Below are positions 27,043 to 32,000 of a stretch of DNA of 32,000 nucleotides, piece after piece. This DNA comes from Nostoc sp. PCC 7120 = FACHB-418 (GTDB taxonomy: Bacteria; Cyanobacteriota; Cyanobacteriia; Cyanobacteriales; Nostocaceae): NCBI RefSeq assembly GCF_000009705.1, contig NC_003272.1:3480001-3512000 (forward strand). Direction: 5' to 3'. The notes under the pieces are model-generated. The model saw only the letters and a list, made by a program, of their open reading frames with translations, did no database searches and was not told the origin of the DNA. The number at the start of each line of letters is the position of its first letter. The stretch's first letter is position 1. Both the position numbers and the translations under genes were made by a program.

Positions 27043-28500
27043 CTAGCCTCTTGATTGAATGCTCTTAACTAAATCATAAAAAGGTTGCCAATTATCTTCT
27101 TGAACAATCGGTTCCCAAGCTTCTTCGATTGTGGGTCTTAATAATGAAGTTTTTGGATTATAGTGAGTTAGATTCTGAGCAATTATCTTCACTTGTTCAT
27201 AGTCGAAATTATTCAGAATTTTATGGTAAAGCACACACCAATTATCAAAATTTGCATCTGTACCTGATGGAGGAACAATATCTGAACCACTTAATACTAG
27301 TCCTGGCTCATCTCTCCATTTAATTGAAAATGTACGCGCCATCTCATAGAAAAACTGGTGATAGCCAACTTGACTTTCTTGTAAGAACTTGAGGGTGAGG
27401 CTTAAAAGTTCTTCCGCTTCTGGGGTCTTTAACTCCTCAAAGCCTAATTTTTTCAACATCAAAGAGTTATATTCTGCATGGCAATACTCACTAAATTTGG
27501 CTAATCCTGCTTCCATATCAGCTTTATCAATAACTGCTCTTAATGGGACTTGCAGCATTTCCAGGTTCCACTGACAAATACTTGGTTGTTGGATGTAACA
27601 ATAGCGTCCGTAATAATCAAAATACGCAGCCGTGAAGTAGGGATTATAAGTAGGAATAAACGCATAAGGCCCGTAGTCAAAGCTTTCCCCAGTAATTGAC
27701 ATATTGTCAGTGTTGAGAACTGCATGACAAAAGCCTGCGGCCATCCATTGAGCGACTAATTCTGCTACCCGTTTCACTAGTTCCGCATAGAATAAAGCAT
27801 ACTTATCTGATTCATGGGCTAAGTGTCGGTAATAATGCTCAATTACATGATCTAACAGTTTTTTAATTAAATCTGAGCGTTGAAAATAGTGCAGACGCTC
27901 AAAAGTTCCAAAACGGATATGAGACTTGTTCATTCTTACCATCACGGATGAACGGGTAGGTGAAGGTTCATCACCACGCCATAAACCTAAACCCGTTTCT
28001 ATCATGGTGAGACAGCGAGAGGTTCTAACTCCTAATTGGTGTAATGCTTCGGCGGCTAAAACCTCTCTCACACCACCTTTGAGTGTCAGCATTCCGTCAC
28101 CACCACGAGAATAGGGTGTTCTTCCAGAACCTTTGGTGCCAAAGTCATACAGTTCGCCATCAGTACCGCGAACTTGTCCATACAAAAAGCCTCTACCATC
28201 GCCCAAGTTGGGGTTATACTCACCGAATTGATAGCCGTGGTAACGCAGTGCTAACAATGGCTTGCGTCCTTGGAATAGACCAAAAGCTGTGATGAAATCT
28301 TCATCTGTCACTATTTGCGGGTTTAGTCCCAGCCTGGGTAATATCGCGTCATTCCGCCAGCGTAGGGTAAGTTGGGGAAATTCGGCTGCTGTCACCTCAT
28401 CATAGTAGTCGTTACCCAAAGATTCTAAGGCTGGTTCGTAGTTCAGGGTAATCAGAGGATTGCCATGATTTTCGGTATTGAAAGTTTCCGCTAAAGTCAT
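27043..28500 (-). CDS. selO: SelO/YdiU-family protein adenylyltransferase (AMPylase pseudokinase fold)
   Basis: [59 protein letters not shown] and [24 protein letters not shown] prefer the ATG at 28500 (MTLAETF...). The ORF-track start at 28569 is a TTG. Confidence 0.85.
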
Positions 28501-28922
28501 TGATAAGCCGGGCTTAATTGATTCTTCCCTCAATACTATCGTCCTCAGCAAGTTCTTGTGAATCGCCAAGTTTAATTTACAAATTCAGTAAGTATAAAAA
28601 CTATATCTATAGTTTTAGATGATAATTTGCATTGATAAATCCCCAGGTTTCTATTGGAAAATTACATCAATATATGGATCAATTGAGTCAATCCTCTTCT
28701 TAATGAATGCTCATCATTGATAAACATCGATACATTGAATCAATATGCTTACTTTTGTCTGCGAAGATCAATTTTTACTTATATAACCAATCTAATATTT
28801 ATTTAATAATTACCTGTTCAGAGTTAACCACTTTGAGAATAAAACCTGTACACTAAATTTCAATACAGCGAGCGACCGCAAGGAACGCTCAAGTAAAGCC
28901 AACTAATGCAGCTATTTTTATT

Positions 28923-28982
28923 TACTCAGTAGTGATCCAATCTATTTCTGCACAGAAATAGGGGGGATCGACTTACTTAGTA
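28923..28982 (+). promoter_or_regulatory. Composite palindrome about 100-155 nt upstream of the transporter operon: an 18-bp perfect palindrome flanked by GATCC/GGATC and two TACTNAGTA boxes
   Basis: TATTTCTGCACAGAAATA at 28943-28960, gatcc at 28934-28938 paired with ggatc at 28965-28969, tactcagta at 28923-28931 and tacttagta at 28974-28982. Confidence 0.5.
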
Positions 28983-29079
28983 TGGTGAAAAAGGTTTTCG
29001 TATATTGCACGAAACATCTATTTTGCCTGCATGAATTGTCATGTTTACAAAAATTTAAATTCGATTTAAGAGGCTATAT

Positions 29080-30456
29080 ATGACAGAGTTTTTTAATCAA
29101 TTTTCTCGCCGTAAATTTATATTTACCGCAGGAGCTTCGGCAAGTGCTGTGTTCCTCAAAGGTTGCTTGGGAAATCCACCGGAAACTACTGGAGGAACAC
29201 AATCTGCACCAACGGCGCAACCTGCTGCTAATGTTAGCGCAGAGCAAGCACCGGAAGTCACTACAGTGAAGTTAGGATACATTCCCATTGTAGAATCTGC
29301 TCCTTTAATTATTGCTAAGGAAAAAGGTTTCTTTGCTAAGTATGGATTGACGAATGTAGAGCTTTCTAAACAAGCTTCTTGGGGTTCTGCTAGAGATAAC
29401 GTAGAAATTGGTTCTGCTGGTGGTGGAATTGATGGTGGTCAATGGCAAATGCCTATGCCACATTTAATTACCGAAGGTTTAATTACCAAAGGTAATCAAA
29501 AGATCCCCATGTATGTATTATGTCAATTAATTACACATGGGAATGGAATTGCGATCGCCAACAAACATCAAGGTAGTGGTATAGGCCTAAGGTTAGCTAG
29601 TGCTAAGTCTTTATTTTCCAAACTCAAAGCCTCCCCCACACCCTTCACAGCTGCTCAAACCTTCCCCGCAGTTAATCAAGATTTCTGGATTCGTTACTGG
29701 TTAGCAGCTGGTGGTATTGACCCTGATGCAGACGTGAAACTGCTCACAGTTCCATCAGCGCAGACTGTCGCCAACATGAAGACAGGAACAATGGATGCGT
29801 TCAGCACTGGAGACCCCTGGCCTTTCCGCATCGTTAAAGACAAAGTCGGTTTCATGGCTGCATTAACAGCAGAAATTTGGAAGAATCACCCCGAAGAATA
29901 TCTCGCTATGAGATCTGACTGGGTTGACCAACATCCCAAAGCGACGAAAGCACTGTTAAAAGGTCTGATGGAAGCTCAACAATGGTGTGATAACTTTGAT
30001 AACCGCAAAGAACTGGCAGAAATTGTCGCAGCACGGGCTTACTTCAACGTGCCAGTTGATGTTTTAATCGACCCATATATGGGTAAATATGACATGGGTG
30101 AAGGTCGCCAAATTGATGATAGATCAATGGCAGCCTTGTATTGGAAAGATGAGAAAGGCAGCGTTTCTTATCCTTATAAGAGCCATGATTTGTGGTTCAT
30201 TACCGAAAGTGTACGTTGGGGATTCTTACCCAAGGATTACATTGATAATAATGCTGCTAAAGCGAGAGCATTAATTGATAAAGTTAACCGCGAAGATATT
30301 TGGAAAGAAGCAGCGAAAGAAGCCGGTATTGCGGCTGCTGACATTCCCACTAGCACATCTCGTGGTATAGAAGAATTTTTTGATGGTGTAAAATTCGACC
30401 CCGAAAATCCTCAAGCATATCTGAAGAGTTTGCAAATTAAGAAAGTGAGCGTTTAG
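29080..30456 (+). CDS. cmpA: NrtA/CmpA-family ABC transporter substrate-binding lipoprotein; most likely the bicarbonate-binding CmpA
   Basis: Twin-Arg signal plus lipobox ([22 protein letters not shown]). Family motifs [40 protein letters not shown] and [10 protein letters not shown]. No nirA lies upstream. The family assignment is high confidence; the choice of cmp over nrt is moderate. Confidence 0.7.
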   Translation: MTEFFNQFSRRKFIFTAGASASAVFLKGCLGNPPETTGGTQSAPTAQPAANVSAEQAPEVTTVKLGYIPIVESAPLIIAKEKGFFAKYGLTNVELSKQASWGSARDNVEIGSAGGGIDGGQWQMPMPHLITEGLITKGNQKIPMYVLCQLITHGNGIAIANKHQGSGIGLRLASAKSLFSKLKASPTPFTAAQTFPAVNQDFWIRYWLAAGGIDPDADVKLLTVPSAQTVANMKTGTMDAFSTGDPWPFRIVKDKVGFMAALTAEIWKNHPEEYLAMRSDWVDQHPKATKALLKGLMEAQQWCDNFDNRKELAEIVAARAYFNVPVDVLIDPYMGKYDMGEGRQIDDRSMAALYWKDEKGSVSYPYKSHDLWFITESVRWGFLPKDYIDNNAAKARALIDKVNREDIWKEAAKEAGIAAADIPTSTSRGIEEFFDGVKFDPENPQAYLKSLQIKKVSV

Positions 30457-30482
30457 CAGTTAGTCATCAGTCATCAGTCAAG
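30455..30482. repeat. STRR-like heptamers (AGTCATC family, about 3-4 copies) directly after the cmpA stop
   Basis: The copies read agcagtt agtcatc agtcatc agtcaag. Confidence 0.8.
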
Positions 30483-30546
30483 AAAATCGCTACACTCTTG
30501 CAACATTTTTCCACGCGTTATTCGTCATCTGAGGAACATTAAAGTC

Positions 30547-31386
30547 ATGACCGTAGCTCAAAGAAGAACCGCTAATCCTAAATTTGACCACGGCTTTTTG
30601 TCTCAACTACAAAAGCAATTTCCCAACATTGTACCGCCAGCGATCGCCATTGCTATCTTTCTAGCTTTGTGGCAATTATTTTCTTGGACTCCTGGGGCAA
30701 CATTACCAGGACCAATCAAGGTTGTACAGGATACTTGGATGTTGATTTTGTATCCTTTCTATGATAGAGGCGGTATTGATAAAGGATTATTTTGGCAGAT
30801 TTTTGCTAGTCTACAACGGGTAGCTATTGGTTACTTTTTTGCTGCCGTGGTTGGTATTGCTTTAGGCATTGTCATTGGTGTTAATAAAACCATGTCTAAA
30901 GCTTTAGATCCTCTATTTCAGTTATTACGAACTGTACCGCCTTTAGCTTGGGTGCCTATTTCCTTAGCAGCCCTACGTCAAAACGAACCTGCCGCCCTAT
31001 TCGTAATTTTTATCACTGCAATTTGGCCGATTCTTATCAACACTGCGGTTGGTGTCAAAGAAATTCCTCAAGACTATAATAACGTCGCCAAAGTTCTGCA
31101 ACTTTCAAAAAAAGAGTATTTCTTGAATATCCTCATTCCTGCTGCCTTACCCTACATTTTTACAGGTTTGAGAATTGCAATTGGTTTAGCTTGGTTGGCG
31201 ATTATCGCCGCAGAAATTGTGATGTCAGGTATTGTAGGTATTGGCTTTTTTATCTGGGATGCTTACCAAAATAACTACATCAGCGAAATTATCTTGGCAC
31301 TTGTTTACATTGGTGCAGTGGGTTTGTTACTAGACAAGCTGATGGTTTGGATTCAAAACTTGATTTTACCAACAGAACAGAAGTAG
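30547..31386 (+). CDS. cmpB: NrtB/CmpB-family ABC transporter permease
   Basis: 279 aa, polytopic. It has the EAA-like permease loop (ALDPLFQLLRTVPPLAWVPISL) typical of NrtB/CmpB/SsuC-type permeases. Confidence 0.7.
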   Translation: MTVAQRRTANPKFDHGFLSQLQKQFPNIVPPAIAIAIFLALWQLFSWTPGATLPGPIKVVQDTWMLILYPFYDRGGIDKGLFWQIFASLQRVAIGYFFAAVVGIALGIVIGVNKTMSKALDPLFQLLRTVPPLAWVPISLAALRQNEPAALFVIFITAIWPILINTAVGVKEIPQDYNNVAKVLQLSKKEYFLNILIPAALPYIFTGLRIAIGLAWLAIIAAEIVMSGIVGIGFFIWDAYQNNYISEIILALVYIGAVGLLLDKLMVWIQNLILPTEQK

Positions 31387-31434
31387 TCATTAGTCATTAG
31401 CCCTTAGTTTTTTACTAATGACTAATGAGCAACT
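31384..31434. repeat. Inverted arrays of the heptamer TAGTCAT forming a 14-bp perfect-stem hairpin between cmpB and cmpC
   Basis: The sequence reads tagtcat tagtcat tagccct ... actaatg actaatg. Arm tcattagtcattag (31387-31400) pairs with ctaatgactaatga (31415-31428). The loop is 14 nt. Confidence 0.85.
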
Positions 31435-31459
31435 AACAAAGTCATGGGGAACAAAGGAA

Positions 31460-32000
31460 ATGAGCGTATTTGTTGCAGTTGACCAAATTGATAAGGTATT
31501 TGAATTAACTGGTGGTGGGAAATATATCGCCCTTAAAGGAATTGACCTCCAGATTAGAAAAGGTGAGTTTGTTTCTTTAATTGGTCACTCCGGTTGCGGT
31601 AAGTCCACTTTATTGAATATGATTGCTGGTTTGGATTTGCCGAGTGAAGGTATAGTCACTCTGGAAGGACAGAGAGTGAGTAGACCGGGGCCAGACCGGA
31701 TGGTGGTTTTCCAAAACTATTCTTTGTTGCCTTGGCGGACGGTGAGAGAAAATATTGCCCTGGCTGTAAACTCAGTGATGAAGGGGATGCCGGAAGCTGA
31801 ACGCAAATCAATTATCGAAAAATATATAGATATGGTGGGTTTGCGTCCCCACGCAGATAAACAACCGGGGATGTTGTCTGGGGGACAAAAACAACGGGTA
31901 GCGATCGCCCGCGCCTTGGCAATTCGTCCTAAACTATTACTATTGGATGAACCCTTTGGGGCGTTGGATGCCCTCACCAGGGGTAATTTGCAGGAACAGT
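31460..32000 (+). CDS. cmpC: NrtC/CmpC-family ABC transporter ATP-binding protein, 3' end outside the window
   Basis: Hand translation from the ATG at 31460 gives [58 protein letters not shown]... (Walker A), [15 protein letters not shown] (signature) and [12 protein letters not shown] (Walker B). The frame is open to the window end. Confidence 0.75.
   Translation, partial: MSVFVAVDQIDKVFELTGGGKYIALKGIDLQIRKGEFVSLIGHSGCGKSTLLNMIAGLDLPSEGIVTLEGQRVSRPGPDRMVVFQNYSLLPWRTVRENIALAVNSVMKGMPEAERKSIIEKYIDMVGLRPHADKQPGMLSGGQKQRVAIARALAIRPKLLLLDEPFGALDALTRGNLQEQ

Noticed and set aside
27129-28292. ORFs inside selO: plus-strand 27129-27323, 27389-27574, 27926-28114 and 28083-28292, and minus-strand 27540-27725
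   Set aside because: All are embedded in the selO CDS, either antisense or in another frame. None has supporting features.
28618-28640. Fur-box-like AT-rich sequence gatgataatttgcattgataaat
   Set aside because: It only loosely resembles the GATAAT hexamer arrangement, and AT-rich spacers produce such matches easily. I report the stronger ATTGA/TCAAT enrichment instead.
28846-28868. NtcA-like inverted repeat CTGTA...TACAG upstream of the transporter operon
   Set aside because: The spacing is GTA-N13-TAC, not the canonical GTA-N8-TAC. I found no other canonical NtcA site in 28570-29079.
29080-30456. Calling the binding protein NrtA (nitrate)
   Set aside because: I considered this because the family is shared. 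I disfavour it because nirA is absent, the sequence motifs look CmpA-like and the neighbourhood fits cmp. It is not excluded, as discussed in the corresponding finding.
31717-31977. An 86-aa minus-strand ORF
   Set aside because: It is antisense to the clearly recognisable ABC ATPase (Walker A, signature and Walker B motifs on the + strand).
1-32000. Search for tRNA, rRNA, CRISPR arrays, transposases or integrases, toxin-antitoxin pairs and known defence systems
   Set aside because: I could recognise none. The repeats present are heptamer microsatellites, one MITE and palindromes, not spacer-interleaved arrays. Every large ORF has a plausible housekeeping or envelope function.

Overview
This window looks like chromosomal DNA from a heterocyst-forming (Nostocales-type) cyanobacterium. 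The evidence is 18 HIP1 octamers (GCGATCGC), STRR-like heptamer arrays, a Nostoc-type MITE and the gene content. All calls rest on motif recognition by eye, because no searches could be run.

Layout:
(1) nt 1-12636, all on the + strand: a Wzx/Wzy-dependent polysaccharide locus. It holds the 3' end of a Wzc-type BY-kinase, Wzx, two tandem FkbM methyltransferases, a GT1, Wzy, a GT1 split by a frameshift in an A8T5 run, a GT4, a Zn-ribbon SAM methyltransferase, a GT2 and a WcaI-like GT4. The block is visibly AT-rich and has no HIP1 site, whereas the rest of the window has about one per kb.
(2) nt 12815-18015, minus strand: envelope genes. These are an exported Ala/Ser/Gly-rich protein, a beta-barrel outer-membrane protein, an ArnT/GT39-like glycosyltransferase with an odd GC-rich in-frame segment, and a lipoprotein. 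Heptamer repeats and a 137-bp MITE with TIRs and a 5-bp target duplication lie between them.
(3) ycf20-like gene plus a plant/cyanobacterial-type glycerate 3-kinase.
(4) A REC-GGDEF response regulator whose start overlaps by 4 bp the stop of an 1817-aa hybrid histidine kinase. The kinase has an intact LOV (blue-light) domain, four other PAS domains, GAF, HisKA/HATPase, two REC domains and HPt.
(5) SelO, then a divergent 510-bp region with dense ATTGA/TCAAT motifs and a composite palindrome, then an NrtA/CmpA-family ABC transporter operon (most likely cmpABC; cmpC is truncated by the window end).

I recognised no tRNA, rRNA, CRISPR, transposase, integrase or canonical defence genes. The best candidates for something new are the HIP1-free, methyltransferase-rich polysaccharide island with its slippage-prone glycosyltransferase, and the uncharacterised barrel-plus-exported-protein pair. 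The LOV-kinase/diguanylate-cyclase relay is interesting, but from memory it has a described ortholog pair in Anabaena PCC 7120.
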